64,000 bases of DNA from Longimicrobiales bacterium (GTDB lineage Bacteria; Gemmatimonadota; Gemmatimonadetes; Longimicrobiales; Gaopeijiaceae). Under the pieces are notes generated by a model. It was not told the origin of the DNA, made no database searches, and saw nothing but the letters and a program-made list of their open reading frames with translations. The position numbers were made by a program, and so were the translations under genes. This document shows, one piece after another, positions 49,027 through 59,447 of the stretch. Positions within the stretch are counted from its first letter, which is position 1; each line of letters starts with the position of its first letter. Location of the stretch: positions 2,592,001 to 2,656,000 of the forward strand of contig CBDFMQ010000002.1 in NCBI GenBank assembly GCA_965249725.1, in the 5' to 3' direction.

Positions 49027-50244
49027 TCAGCTATCATCCTCCTGATCGGAGATCGGCCGTCCGTCCAACTCCTCGATGGTCTTCACCGAGGGTCCGCGGA
49101 CCCTCTGAATGCGCCTCGCGGCGGACTCCGCCTCCCTCCACGCCTTGAGGACGTTGCCGCCGGCGAGCTTGGCGAGGTCCTCCTCGCTCCATCCCCGGCG
49201 TGACAGCTCCGCGAACAGAGTGGGGAACGTCGATACGTCCTCCAATCCGACCGGAGTCGAGGAGATCCCATCGAAGTCCGACCCGATGCCAACATGGTCG
49301 ATTCCGGCTACGTCACGAATGTGCTCGATGTGATCGGCTACGTCGGCCAGGGTCGCCCTCGGCGCGTCTCCTGGACCCTCGTGCGTGCGGTTGGCCTCCG
49401 AAACGAATTCAGGCACGAATGTGACCATGACGACCCCGCCGTTCTCGGGAAGACGTCGCAATACTTGGTCGGGCACGTTGCGCAGGTGATTGGTCAGCGC
49501 CTGTGCGGACGAGTGAGAGTAGATGACCGGTGCCTCAGCCACGTCCAGGACGTCATTCATCGTCGCCGGAGAGGTGTGAGAAAGGTCTACGAGCATTCCC
49601 ATCCGGTTCATCTCACGGATGACCTCTGTCCCGAACTCCGTGAGGCCATCATGCTCCGGATCGTCCGTCGCGGAATCCGCCCAGTCGTTGTTTCCGGAAT
49701 GAGTGAGCGTCATGTACCGGGCGCCGAGATCGAAGTACGCGCGGAGCGCTCCCAGGGAGTTCTCGATGGCATGCCCACCTTCCATCCCCAATACCGACGC
49801 GACCTTTCCCTCTCCGTAGATCCGCTCCACGTCCGAGACCGTGTATCCCTGCTCGAACACATCGGGGTATGCCCGGATGAACTGCCGCGCGATGTCGATC
49901 TGCTCGAGCTGGAAGCGAGCGGCGCCCTCCTCGACCGACTCCATGGGGATGTACACGGACCAGAACTGCGCGCCCACCATACCGGCGCGGAGCCGTGCGA
50001 TATCCGTGTGTCCCGAGGTCGTCCGACGAAGGTCGTAGGCGCCCACGTCGTGAGGTGCATCGGCATCCTCTCGAATCGCCCAAGGAAGGTCGTTGTGACC
50101 GTCGAAAAGGGGCATGGCGTCCAGGACCCGACGGGCTTTCTCCATGTGCTGGTCCTGAGCCTGCGCGGCACTCGCCAGCAGCAGTCCAACCGCAACGAAC
50201 AAGCACGGACACTTCCAGGTACGTTTCCAGGTACGCTTCATCAT
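49027..50244 (-). CDS. Membrane dipeptidase (M19)
   Basis: Signal peptide; DGHND, MEG, TLTH, DLSH, SHS, GSDFDG. Confidence 0.92.
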   Translation of the reverse strand: MMKRTWKRTWKCPCLFVAVGLLLASAAQAQDQHMEKARRVLDAMPLFDGHNDLPWAIREDADAPHDVGAYDLRRTTSGHTDIARLRAGMVGAQFWSVYIPMESVEEGAARFQLEQIDIARQFIRAYPDVFEQGYTVSDVERIYGEGKVASVLGMEGGHAIENSLGALRAYFDLGARYMTLTHSGNNDWADSATDDPEHDGLTEFGTEVIREMNRMGMLVDLSHTSPATMNDVLDVAEAPVIYSHSSAQALTNHLRNVPDQVLRRLPENGGVVMVTFVPEFVSEANRTHEGPGDAPRATLADVADHIEHIRDVAGIDHVGIGSDFDGISSTPVGLEDVSTFPTLFAELSRRGWSEEDLAKLAGGNVLKAWREAESAARRIQRVRGPSVKTIEELDGRPISDQEDDS

Positions 50245-50379
50245 CAATCGACACCTCATGAAGGGATTAGTTCTCACCGGGGCGACGGCTCCACGCCTCG
50301 TCGGCGTCGGCCCCATGCCTCGTCGGGATCCACAGGATATCTTTCGCGCACTAATCTCACCACAGTAAGGGAATTCGTC

Positions 50380-53300
50380 ATGCGCCTATATCCGACGCGG
50401 CTCCTCACGGCCGGTCTACTCGCCGGTCTTCTCTCGCTCGCATCAGTAGTCTCAGTAGCTCCGTCCTCCGCGCAGATCAGGGGATTCTCGGCCGCGCACG
50501 CCGAGACGGAGGCGTTCTGTGAGGCCCGACTCCAGGAGCTCCCGAGCCCCGAAGCGTTCAGGGAGCACCTGCGGACCGTGACCCAAGAGCCCCATCCCAC
50601 GGGATCCGAGGCCCAGGACCGCGTAGCGGACTACCTGTTCTCGGCCATGTCGGAGGCCGGGTTCGAGGTGGAGCGTCACAGCTACGACGTGTACCTGCCC
50701 GAGCTGGGAGGTGAGGTCTTCGCCGAGATCGAGTCGCCCATCCGCATGCGGCTGAACAACCGCGAGCCCCCGGTGCCGGGAGATCCGTTCTCCTCGCACC
50801 CCGAGCTTCTACCGGGTTGGAACGCATACTCCGGCAGTGGAGACGTACGTGCGCAGATCGTCTACGCGAACTTCGGCCGCAAAGAGGACTTCGAGCGCCT
50901 TCAGGAGATGGGCGTCTCCGTAGCCGACAAGATCGTCGTGGCCCGCTACGGGGGGAATTTCCGCGGGTTCAAGGCGAAGTTCGCCGAAGCGGCCGGTGCC
51001 TTGGGACTCATCATGTTCAATGACCCCGGGAGCGGTGGCGGTGCGGAGTATCCGGACGGGCCCATGATGAACGAGAACACGATCCAGCGAGGGTCCGTGC
51101 TCACCTTGGACTGGACCGGAGACCCACTCACGCCCTTCGAGCCCGCCTACCCGGTGGATTCGGGCAAGAGCGTGAGCCGTCTCGACCCGGAAGAGCTGCC
51201 GTTCCACACGATTCCGGTGATGCCCTTGGGGTACGGAGCCGCATCCGAGATCCTGCGGCTCATGGAGGGCCAGGAGGCTCCCGACGACTGGCGCGGCGGC
51301 ATCGATGCCACCTACCGAATCGAGGGCGGTGAGGCACTGACCCTCCGCATCCATGTCGACCAGCCCAAGAAGCTCGTGCGGGCAACCAACGTCGTCGGTA
51401 CGCTGGTGGGTTCGGACCTGCCGGACGAATGGGTGATCCTGGGATCCCACTACGACGCCTGGGGCTTTGGGGCCCTGGATCCGAACGGCGGAACCGCGAT
51501 GCTGCTCACCCTCGGAGACGCGCTGGGACAGCTCGACGCCGAGGGCTGCGGGCCGAGGCGGACGATCAAGATCGCCCACTGGGACGCCGAAGAGTACGGC
51601 ATCATCGGATCGGTCGAGTGGGTAGAGGAGTTTCGGGACCAGCTGCGGGACAAGGCAGTGGCGTACATCAACGCAGACGGCGCCGTTACGGGAGGCAACG
51701 TCCGCGTCTCGGCCTCGCCGTCCCTCAAGAGGACCATCGTCGAGGCCACGCAGGACGTCGCGTATCCCGACGGCCGTAGCATGTACCTGGCCTGGAACAG
51801 CACCGACCAGGACGAGCCGCCCATTGGAGATCTCGGCGGCGGATCCGACCACGTGGGATTCTACACTCACGCGGGCGTTCCTTCGGGGGGCGTATCCATG
51901 GGCGGCGCGTCGGGCGTGTACCACTCCAACTACGACGACTTCGCGTTCTTCGAGAGGTTCTCCGATCCGGACTTCGTGTACGGGCCGGCGTTGGCCCGGC
52001 TCGACGGGATCATCACGCTCCGGCTCGCCAACGCGGATGTCCTCCCGTACGACCTGGCCCGTTATCCGACCGATATCGATCGTCACATCGAGGCCATGGA
52101 GGCGAGGGCCGGCGAGTTGGGCGTGAACCTGACCCTCGATCGCCTGAAGTCGGCGACGGACGAGCTGGCCGGGGTGGCCGAGGAACTCGAGACTTCGCTC
52201 TTCACCCCCGGCGGTCGCATCTACGACCCGGCGGCGGATCGGGAGGCAGCGAACCGCGGCCTTCTCGACATGGAGAAATCGTTCATCCGCTCGGAGGGCC
52301 TGCAAGGGAGACCGTGGAGCCAGTCACTCTTCGCCTCGCCCGACCCCTTCAGCGGCTACGCGTCGTGGATGCTCCCGGGCCTCCGGTTCGAGGTGGAGTC
52401 CCGTTCCGCGGTGGGCATCGCGGAATGGGAGGGCACATACGTCGCGGCCGTGCAGGATCTGACGAGGCGCATGCGGGCGCTCACCAACCAAGTCACCGAG
52501 CGGCGAATCGAGGGAGCGAACCTGGTCGACCCGGACGGCAACGTGGAGTGGAATCGTTATCACAGATGGCAGGACGTCCATGCCGTCATGGAAGTATGGA
52601 GTGAGATGTACCCGGGGCTCACGGAGCTTTACTCCATCGGGAACAGCTACGAAGGCGTGGACCTCATGCTTATGGAAGTCACGAACGAGGCCACGGGACC
52701 GGCCTCTGAGAAGCCCGCGATCTACTTGGACGGTGGGATTCATGCAGGTGAGCTGACGGGTTCGGAGGTGGCTCTGTACACGCTGGGCCGACTCCTCAAC
52801 AGCTATGGATCGGATGCCGCGGTGACGGAGCTTCTCGATACGCGGGCGTTCTACATCAGACCCAAGTTCAACCCCGACGGCTCGAACCTCGTGCTCGACA
52901 CCGATCAGTCCCTGCGTAGTTCGGTGCACCCCGTCGATCAGGACTCCGACGGGATGGCCGACGAGGACCCGGGCGACGATCTAGACGGTGACGGTCGCAT
53001 TCTCCAGATGCGGATACCGGACCCGGACGGCAACCAGGCGATCAGTCCAGATGATCCACGCATCATGGTCTCCAGAGAGGACGGGGCTCAGGGGCCGTTC
53101 TATCGCGTCGTGTCCGAGGGCATCGACAACGACGGCGACGGGCGGTTGAACGAGGACGGGTATGGGGGCCTCGACATGAACCGGAACTTCCCGCGCAATT
53201 GGGAGCGGCAGCACGTTCAGTCCGGTGCGGGAGACTTCCCGCTGTCCGAGCCTGAGACCTACGCCACCGTGAAGTTCTTGAACGAGCACCGGAACGTCGC

Positions 53301-54207
53301 GTTCATCATCCACGGCCATACGTCGGGAGGCTTCGTGTACCGCCTTCCCTCGGCGTCGGCGCCGTCCCGGTTCGACCAGACCGATCTGGCCCTCATCGAA
53401 GACCTGAGCGAGTTCTATACCGAATCGACCGGCCGTCCAGTCATTCCGAGCTCGACCCACCCCACCGACCACCGCTACGGGACCCTGATCAGCTTCGGCT
53501 ACTGGGACCACGGCGTCGTGGGATGGGTGCCCGAGTTCTCCCCGGGTCCGGACAAGTGGGTTCCCGACGCCGACGGCAACGGGGAGATCGACGAGGCCGA
53601 CTGGCACGCGTACAACGACGGGGAGTTCGGCGGGAGGTACTTCGCAGATTGGACTCGGTACGACCACCCGGAGTACGGCCCCGTGGAGATCGGGGGATGG
53701 CACCGGAAGTTCTGGGGACAGAACCCGCCGGACGAGCTGCTGGAGCGCGAGTTGGAGCAGCAGGTGCCCTGGTTCCTGCACGTTGCCGGTCGAACTCCGC
53801 TGCTGGAGTTGTCCGAACCAGCCATCACGCCTTTGGGTGGCGGCCGCTATCGGGTCGGGGTGACGGTCAGCAACGTCGGGGATTTGGCCACCCACCTGAC
53901 GCAGCGAGGGTTCGAGGGCCGTGAGAGTTCAGACGGCGGCTTGACGCAGCAGGTCGTGGCGCCGCCGACCGTCACGCTGGAGGTGGAGGGTGGCCGCATC
54001 GTGGAGGGTGGGGACTCTCCGAAGGCCACCGGCCGGATCACCATTCCGCACCTGGCGGGGATCAGCACGATCACCGACAAGGTCTCCGATCGTTCGCATC
54101 AGGTGGAGTGGGTGGTGGAAACCAGCTCGACGGACGCTACGGTCCGGATCACCGCCGACGCTCAGAAGGGAGGGAGGACGCGTACCGGAAGCGTGACCCT
54201 GCGCTAG
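50380..54207 (+). CDS. Secreted M28 (GCPII-like) plus M14 carboxypeptidase fusion
   Basis: Signal peptide; GSHYDAW, WDAEE, GGSDH, YHSNYD; then DGGIHAGE, NRNF, HGHT. Confidence 0.85.
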   Translation: MRLYPTRLLTAGLLAGLLSLASVVSVAPSSAQIRGFSAAHAETEAFCEARLQELPSPEAFREHLRTVTQEPHPTGSEAQDRVADYLFSAMSEAGFEVERHSYDVYLPELGGEVFAEIESPIRMRLNNREPPVPGDPFSSHPELLPGWNAYSGSGDVRAQIVYANFGRKEDFERLQEMGVSVADKIVVARYGGNFRGFKAKFAEAAGALGLIMFNDPGSGGGAEYPDGPMMNENTIQRGSVLTLDWTGDPLTPFEPAYPVDSGKSVSRLDPEELPFHTIPVMPLGYGAASEILRLMEGQEAPDDWRGGIDATYRIEGGEALTLRIHVDQPKKLVRATNVVGTLVGSDLPDEWVILGSHYDAWGFGALDPNGGTAMLLTLGDALGQLDAEGCGPRRTIKIAHWDAEEYGIIGSVEWVEEFRDQLRDKAVAYINADGAVTGGNVRVSASPSLKRTIVEATQDVAYPDGRSMYLAWNSTDQDEPPIGDLGGGSDHVGFYTHAGVPSGGVSMGGASGVYHSNYDDFAFFERFSDPDFVYGPALARLDGIITLRLANADVLPYDLARYPTDIDRHIEAMEARAGELGVNLTLDRLKSATDELAGVAEELETSLFTPGGRIYDPAADREAANRGLLDMEKSFIRSEGLQGRPWSQSLFASPDPFSGYASWMLPGLRFEVESRSAVGIAEWEGTYVAAVQDLTRRMRALTNQVTERRIEGANLVDPDGNVEWNRYHRWQDVHAVMEVWSEMYPGLTELYSIGNSYEGVDLMLMEVTNEATGPASEKPAIYLDGGIHAGELTGSEVALYTLGRLLNSYGSDAAVTELLDTRAFYIRPKFNPDGSNLVLDTDQSLRSSVHPVDQDSDGMADEDPGDDLDGDGRILQMRIPDPDGNQAISPDDPRIMVSREDGAQGPFYRVVSEGIDNDGDGRLNEDGYGGLDMNRNFPRNWERQHVQSGAGDFPLSEPETYATVKFLNEHRNVAFIIHGHTSGGFVYRLPSASAPSRFDQTDLALIEDLSEFYTESTGRPVIPSSTHPTDHRYGTLISFGYWDHGVVGWVPEFSPGPDKWVPDADGNGEIDEADWHAYNDGEFGGRYFADWTRYDHPEYGPVEIGGWHRKFWGQNPPDELLERELEQQVPWFLHVAGRTPLLELSEPAITPLGGGRYRVGVTVSNVGDLATHLTQRGFEGRESSDGGLTQQVVAPPTVTLEVEGGRIVEGGDSPKATGRITIPHLAGISTITDKVSDRSHQVEWVVETSSTDATVRITADAQKGGRTRTGSVTLR

Positions 54208-54231
54208 GCCCCGATCCCCGTTACCGACTCT

Positions 54232-57200
54232 CTACCAGCCAGGGGAGAGCACGAAGCCGAAGTGCGCCCCTCGATTGCGCTGGAACGGGTAGGCCAAATA
54301 CGACTCGAGGACGAGGAAGCCCAGGAAATTCGATCGAATGCCGGCTCCCACGGAAACGATGGGCTCCTCGTCCCCCACCGACTCCCGAAAATCGAGGTTC
54401 TCTAGGTCGTTCCACGCGATGCCCGCGTCCGCGAAGGCGAAGAATTCGGTGGGCAGGAAGGGGAAGCTGATCAGCCCGTGCTCGGGGGTGCCCAAGAGAG
54501 TCGTCCGGATCTCGAGGTTGGCCACCGCGATACGGTGTCCGAAGGGACGCGCGAAGCCGTCGCAGGCACTGGCACGGGCGCCTTCTTCAACATCCAGGTC
54601 ACACTCGAAGACATCGTAGCTCTCGAACGAGTATCCACGCATGAGCGGCTCATAGCCGAGAAAGAGCGGCTGTATCTGCGCGTCGTTTTGGGTCGGGTCG
54701 AGCGCGCCCCCGTATCGACCGAAGTGCAGCCCACGCGCTGCGATGGTGACGCTACGATTGGGGCTGTAGTAGCCGCGCAGGTCCGCTACCAGAGACGTGA
54801 AGTCGATCGACCCGAACGTTTGGCCGACCTCGAGCCTGAGGCGGCTGCCGCCCGACGGCGAGGTATAACCCTCCGACGCATTGTCCCTCACGAAGGCCAA
54901 GGTGACCGCTCCTAGCGTCACCGGTTCGAGCCAGTCGATCGGCTCGGTCCGATTCTGATGCAGAGTCGTCCCCGCCTTACCCACGATCCAAACATCCTCT
55001 TCGAGCGAGTAGGAGTAGTTTTGGATCCCGAAATTCGTCTCCACTCGGGTGGTGTTTGAGAGAGGGTAGGCCAGCATCCCGCCGCCGTGCCTGAGGGCAT
55101 AGGCCTGACGGCTGATGGCAAGGCGAAGATGATCCGTCGGGTCGTGCCATCCCTGAGTCACATACCCCTGCTTGTGGGGCGTCCAGCCCGCTACGACGCC
55201 CCAGTTGAACCGTCTCGCCTCGTTCAGATAGTGGACCTGCCCTCCGACGTCCTTGATATGTCCGAGGAGCTGCGCGGTCATGCCGACCTTATGGTTTCCC
55301 AGCATATCGCTGTAGTAGGCCGTGGCACCCCCGGCTGCATACGCTGTGAAGCGGTCGGTGCCGACGCCCATGTCCGGCTGGCCCGTGAAGTCCATGGAAA
55401 AAACGGGCTTGTAGTTCTCGATTCCCTCGGCGAGGTACGTGCCGGTGGGCACGAGTGCCGACTCCGGGTCCAGGAGGTACTCCGCGACCCGGCTCATCAC
55501 CACTGGAGTCCCGGGAGAGAGAGCGCGTCCAGGCTGCGCGTCGGAGGACGCCGTGACGACTCGACCTCCCGCGTCGGCCTCGTTGGACTGCAGGCTGTAC
55601 ACGTGGAACTCGAAGTCGTCGAAGACGGAGTAGACGATGGTGCCCGCCTCGCGGGCGACCGATATCGCGGGCGACATCGAGCTGACGCCGCTCACTCCCG
55701 TCTGGAGCCGTGTGATACGGCGGATTTCCTCATCGTCGAACGTGTATTGGTAGATGTCGCTGAAGCCGTCTTGATCCGAGAGGAAGTAGAGGCTTCGGCC
55801 ATCGGGGGCGTACCGAGGATTGATGTGTTTGGTCGCACCGAAGAGGTTCAGCGCGGAGACTTCACCGGAGGCCACATCCAGGAAGGCGATATTGGGTTGG
55901 CCGAACACGAGCCGGCTTAGATCGGTGCTAGACCCGCGATCAGACACGAACGCCACCGTCGACCCGTCGGGCGACCACGTGGGTTGGAGCGCCGCGTACT
56001 TGTCGTCGGTCAGTTTGGCCAACGCCCCGGTCTGCAGGTCCCAGCTGTATAGATTGCTCGAGCCTCCCTCCAGCCCGGAGAACACCACCGTCCGACCGTC
56101 CGGCGACCACGCGGAACTCGTAATCGCGATCTCTCCGAAGTCCCCTTCACGCTCTACCTCGCCGCTCCCGACGTCGACGATCGCGAGACGGGTATCACCC
56201 TCCGACGACACCGTAAACACGAACTTCGACCCGTCCGGTGACCAGTCGCCCGTGGCGTCTACGAAGCGGAGTGCATCGAAGTGTGGCGAGACCTCCGTGC
56301 TGACGAGCCTTCTCTGAACTTCCCCGGTTCGTGCATCCGCGACGAAAAGGTCGATCCCCAGATCCCGCTCGGACAGGAAGGCGATAAGCCGGCCATCGGG
56401 GCTCACCGAGGGAGAGACGTTCCGCTCTCCAGCTCCCGTTGATGGAGCCAGCAACAGCGCACCCGACTCGCCGGGGACCTGCTTGTCGGCCATCAGGGGT
56501 AGGTACTCCGACTCGACGGACTCTCGCCAGATCTCGGTAACCCGCGCAGGGCCTCTCTGGAGGGCGTCCCTGAGTGCGGTTTCCAGGCCTGCCCTCTGAG
56601 CCCTTCGGTAGACGTCTACGACTACCTCATCGCCGTAAACGCCACCCAGGAACGCCCAGAGGGCGTGACCGAAGTGGTGCGTGTAGAGTCGATCGTCCGT
56701 CGCCACGCGTCCGAGGCTGGGGAACACGTCACGCCGGACCGCCTCTCTCAGCCACATGGCGGTGTGCGGGTCCTCACGACCCATCGACAGATAGTCGGCG
56801 AGCCCTTCACTGAGCCACACCGGAACGTTCGCCAGACCACGAGACCCTGGGCCCGACCGGCTCTGGGCGATGTCGCTCTGGAACTCATGGACGAGCTCAT
56901 GACCGATCAGGTGGTCGGTTTCCCCGTAGGTATCGGTCAGGGAGATGACGATCCGGTCCTTGAAGGACTCGATCACGCTGCCCGTTCCCTCTCCCAACTT
57001 GCCCGACACCGCGTTCGTCTGCTGGAAGTCGGCGTGACCCGCGTAGAGAATGAGAGGCCTGGGCCCTCTGAACTCATGCCGGAACAGACGGGCGTACCGC
57101 TCATACCAGCGCTCCGCCATCCGAGCCGCGTCTTCGATTACGTCCTCATCGTCGAGATAGAAGAGGACGTCGAAGTGGGGCGTGGTGAGGACTTTGAAGT

Positions 57201-57339
57201 CGAAGGTCTCGTACTGGACCTTGTTGCGTCCGAAGTACTGAGCGGACGCTGCGCGCGGTACGGTGAGCGCCGACGCGGCCAGCGTCAGAGACACGGCGAG
57301 TCCGCGCGAGGACCGAGCGGTCAGGATCCTGAATCCCAT
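54232..57339 (-). CDS. Zincin-like + PD40/TolB propeller + BamA/TamA-like barrel protein
   Basis: Signal peptide; HELVH; repeated WSPDG; MRGY, FADAG, terminal W. Confidence 0.8.
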   Translation of the reverse strand: MGFRILTARSSRGLAVSLTLAASALTVPRAASAQYFGRNKVQYETFDFKVLTTPHFDVLFYLDDEDVIEDAARMAERWYERYARLFRHEFRGPRPLILYAGHADFQQTNAVSGKLGEGTGSVIESFKDRIVISLTDTYGETDHLIGHELVHEFQSDIAQSRSGPGSRGLANVPVWLSEGLADYLSMGREDPHTAMWLREAVRRDVFPSLGRVATDDRLYTHHFGHALWAFLGGVYGDEVVVDVYRRAQRAGLETALRDALQRGPARVTEIWRESVESEYLPLMADKQVPGESGALLLAPSTGAGERNVSPSVSPDGRLIAFLSERDLGIDLFVADARTGEVQRRLVSTEVSPHFDALRFVDATGDWSPDGSKFVFTVSSEGDTRLAIVDVGSGEVEREGDFGEIAITSSAWSPDGRTVVFSGLEGGSSNLYSWDLQTGALAKLTDDKYAALQPTWSPDGSTVAFVSDRGSSTDLSRLVFGQPNIAFLDVASGEVSALNLFGATKHINPRYAPDGRSLYFLSDQDGFSDIYQYTFDDEEIRRITRLQTGVSGVSSMSPAISVAREAGTIVYSVFDDFEFHVYSLQSNEADAGGRVVTASSDAQPGRALSPGTPVVMSRVAEYLLDPESALVPTGTYLAEGIENYKPVFSMDFTGQPDMGVGTDRFTAYAAGGATAYYSDMLGNHKVGMTAQLLGHIKDVGGQVHYLNEARRFNWGVVAGWTPHKQGYVTQGWHDPTDHLRLAISRQAYALRHGGGMLAYPLSNTTRVETNFGIQNYSYSLEEDVWIVGKAGTTLHQNRTEPIDWLEPVTLGAVTLAFVRDNASEGYTSPSGGSRLRLEVGQTFGSIDFTSLVADLRGYYSPNRSVTIAARGLHFGRYGGALDPTQNDAQIQPLFLGYEPLMRGYSFESYDVFECDLDVEEGARASACDGFARPFGHRIAVANLEIRTTLLGTPEHGLISFPFLPTEFFAFADAGIAWNDLENLDFRESVGDEEPIVSVGAGIRSNFLGFLVLESYLAYPFQRNRGAHFGFVLSPGW

Positions 57340-57503
57340 CAACGATCTCTCTCTCCGGGAGGCATCAGGTCCCCGCGTCCCGGAGGGCGGGCGAAATAGT
57401 AGGAGTGCATCGACCCAGTATACGGATCATCCGGGCTCATGTGTCAATCGAGGCGGTCGTCGCAGCCCCCGTCCGACCAGGGCGGCTCAACGGTTGGTCG
57501 ACA

Positions 57504-58043
57504 CTAACCCTCGGTGCGGGGCGCGCCCTTGAGCAAAGCCAACCCCAACCCGCCCGCGAATCCGACAATGAGGCCGATAACACCCCACCCTGCTCCGCTC
57601 GTGGAACGCGCGATGACCATTTCTTCGGCCGTGGCCGCCATCATCTCCGCATCATCGTGCCCGCCGGCATCATCATGATCGGCCGCCTCCGAACCGCCGG
57701 TAGCCGCAAGAACAGTGACATCCAGAGCTGCGGCCCGATCGCCACTCGGCTCATACGCCACAACCTGGTATTCACCGGGGCGTACGCTGGCAGGAATGAG
57801 GATCTCCTTGGTGAAGCCACCCTCGTCGCTGGCTGTCGCCTCACCAACCGGGTGCTCGTCGAAGACGCCGACGAGAGATAGCGTCACCGTCATACCTGCA
57901 TGAAAGTCCGCACCCACGATCGGTAGGACCTGCCCGGCCTCGACGGACTCCATCGTGCTCTTCAAAACGGCACCGTGTACCGCGGCCATCAGCAATGTGA
58001 CCAACGCCAACATCGCCGTCCTACTGTAGACGTGTGCGGACAT
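57504..58043 (-). CDS. Exported Ig-like protein with His/Asp linker and C-terminal TM
   Basis: Signal peptide then HGAVLKS; PGEYQVVA; DHDDAGGHDD; GGAG RBS. Confidence 0.7.
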   Translation of the reverse strand: MSAHVYSRTAMLALVTLLMAAVHGAVLKSTMESVEAGQVLPIVGADFHAGMTVTLSLVGVFDEHPVGEATASDEGGFTKEILIPASVRPGEYQVVAYEPSGDRAAALDVTVLAATGGSEAADHDDAGGHDDAEMMAATAEEMVIARSTSGAGWGVIGLIVGFAGGLGLALLKGAPRTEG

Positions 58044-58061
58044 GTCTGCTCCCTCCCTCGA

Positions 58062-59072
58062 TTACATGATGTGTTCTCGGACCTCGCCGAACACACCGTA
58101 GAGCCAGAGGCACACAATAATGACACCCATGGCCACACCCATCCACCCGACCCAACCGGCTCGCCCAGGCGTGTCGTCGTTGCCACGATCTAGCAACGGT
58201 ACCGCCATCAAGAAGAGAAAGACGCCCGCCGGCCCCAGGATCATCCCCCAGGCCCCCAACAGGTTCTCGAGGCCGTACACCCAGAGGACAGGCCAGAACG
58301 GTTTCGTTATCTCCACGCCCGGCACCGGAGGATAGCCGATCCCCTCCGGAATCAAGAGGGCCAATACACCCAGCCCTGCGAAAAGCAGCAGGCTGAACCC
58401 GGTCAAACGGGTGGCATGATCACGGAAGACTCCTGTCTCCGAGGAGTCGGCGTGGATCCCCAGATGGCGAATGAGCCAGAAGTGCATCGCGATGAGGAGC
58501 CCCAGTAACACCGGCAGGAGACTCGTATGAAGGCTGAAGATCCTAGACAGCAGTGACGTGCTCGGGGTGAAGTCGTCCGTGAAGAACGCACCGAAGGCCC
58601 CTGTGAGATTGCCTCCCGTGACGAAGTGCAGCAGAGCCTCGAATCCCTCCTGATCGTATCGCAGGGTCGTACCGGTTATCACCAGAAGGAAGACTAGGGC
58701 GGCCATGATCACACCGGCCCACCATGTCAACTCACGTGGCCGCTTGTACGACCTTCTCCAGAAGACGTAGGCCAGGTGAGCGGTCACCGTCACGACCAGA
58801 GCACCCGACGCGTAGAAGTGCAGGCTGCGAATCCAGTCACCCAGCGGGGCCCGAGTGATGATGAATAGAACGCTGTCGTGGGCCCCCTGGGTCGTCGGAT
58901 TGTAGAACTGCGCCAAGTACAGTCCCGTGACGACGATCACGCCGATCAGGAAGGCCGTCACGCCACCGAGCATGTACCTCCAGCCCTCCGTCGACTTCGG
59001 CACCTCATAGTCGAGGGCGCCGAGGGCAAGACGTTCCTCGATTGCCCTACGCCACGTTCCGCTCACCGGCAC
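58062..59072 (-). CDS. Cytochrome b/b6 family protein
   Basis: IRSLH...AHL and SLH...MHF heme His pairs; RPRELTWWAG; start uncertain. Confidence 0.88.
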   Translation of the reverse strand: MPVSGTWRRAIEERLALGALDYEVPKSTEGWRYMLGGVTAFLIGVIVVTGLYLAQFYNPTTQGAHDSVLFIITRAPLGDWIRSLHFYASGALVVTVTAHLAYVFWRRSYKRPRELTWWAGVIMAALVFLLVITGTTLRYDQEGFEALLHFVTGGNLTGAFGAFFTDDFTPSTSLLSRIFSLHTSLLPVLLGLLIAMHFWLIRHLGIHADSSETGVFRDHATRLTGFSLLLFAGLGVLALLIPEGIGYPPVPGVEITKPFWPVLWVYGLENLLGAWGMILGPAGVFLFLMAVPLLDRGNDDTPGRAGWVGWMGVAMGVIIVCLWLYGVFGEVREHIM

Positions 59073-59242
59073 TGGTCTCTTTCGTGAGGGTGGAGCCCAA
59101 GCCTCGTCCCAGCATTTCACTCTTTTCAGACTACGTTCGCCGGCGCAGCATCGGCAAGGTGGAGGACACGCAGCGGCACGCAGAATTCGATGAGCGCCGC
59201 TTGAAGGATGCCCCTCGAGGAATTCGAAGGATGCCCCTGGAG

Positions 59243-59284
59243 GAAATGAAAGAGACCGAGACCCCCAAAAAGGATCTCGGTCTC
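59243..59284 (-). terminator. Intrinsic terminator
   Basis: GAGACCGAGA/TCTCGGTCTC stem followed by TTTCATTT. Confidence 0.75.
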
Positions 59285-59289
59285 CAGAA

Positions 59290-59440
59290 GCGCACCAGAG
59301 GGGAATTATTGAAGCCCAGGGACACTGTTGGGTGACCTCCCTCCGAGTTTCGCCTTCCCCTCTCAGGGCATGACGTCATCCGAAGAAGTCAGTCCCGGCT
59401 TCACGGGAGTTGGCTCAATAAACGAGCCCCCCAGTACGCC
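59290..59440 (-). ncRNA. ssrS: Probable 6S RNA
   Basis: Closing stem GCGTACTGGGGGG/CCCTCTGGTGCGC; TTATTGAGCC/GGCTTCAATAA; inner GGGACTGAC/GTCACCC; own promoter and terminator. Confidence 0.65.
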
Positions 59441-59447
59441 GAGATCG

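Noticed and set aside
49294..50379. 362-aa N-terminal extension of the 1637-aa ORF
   Set aside because: Antisense shadow of the dipeptidase gene; the signal peptide starts at 50380
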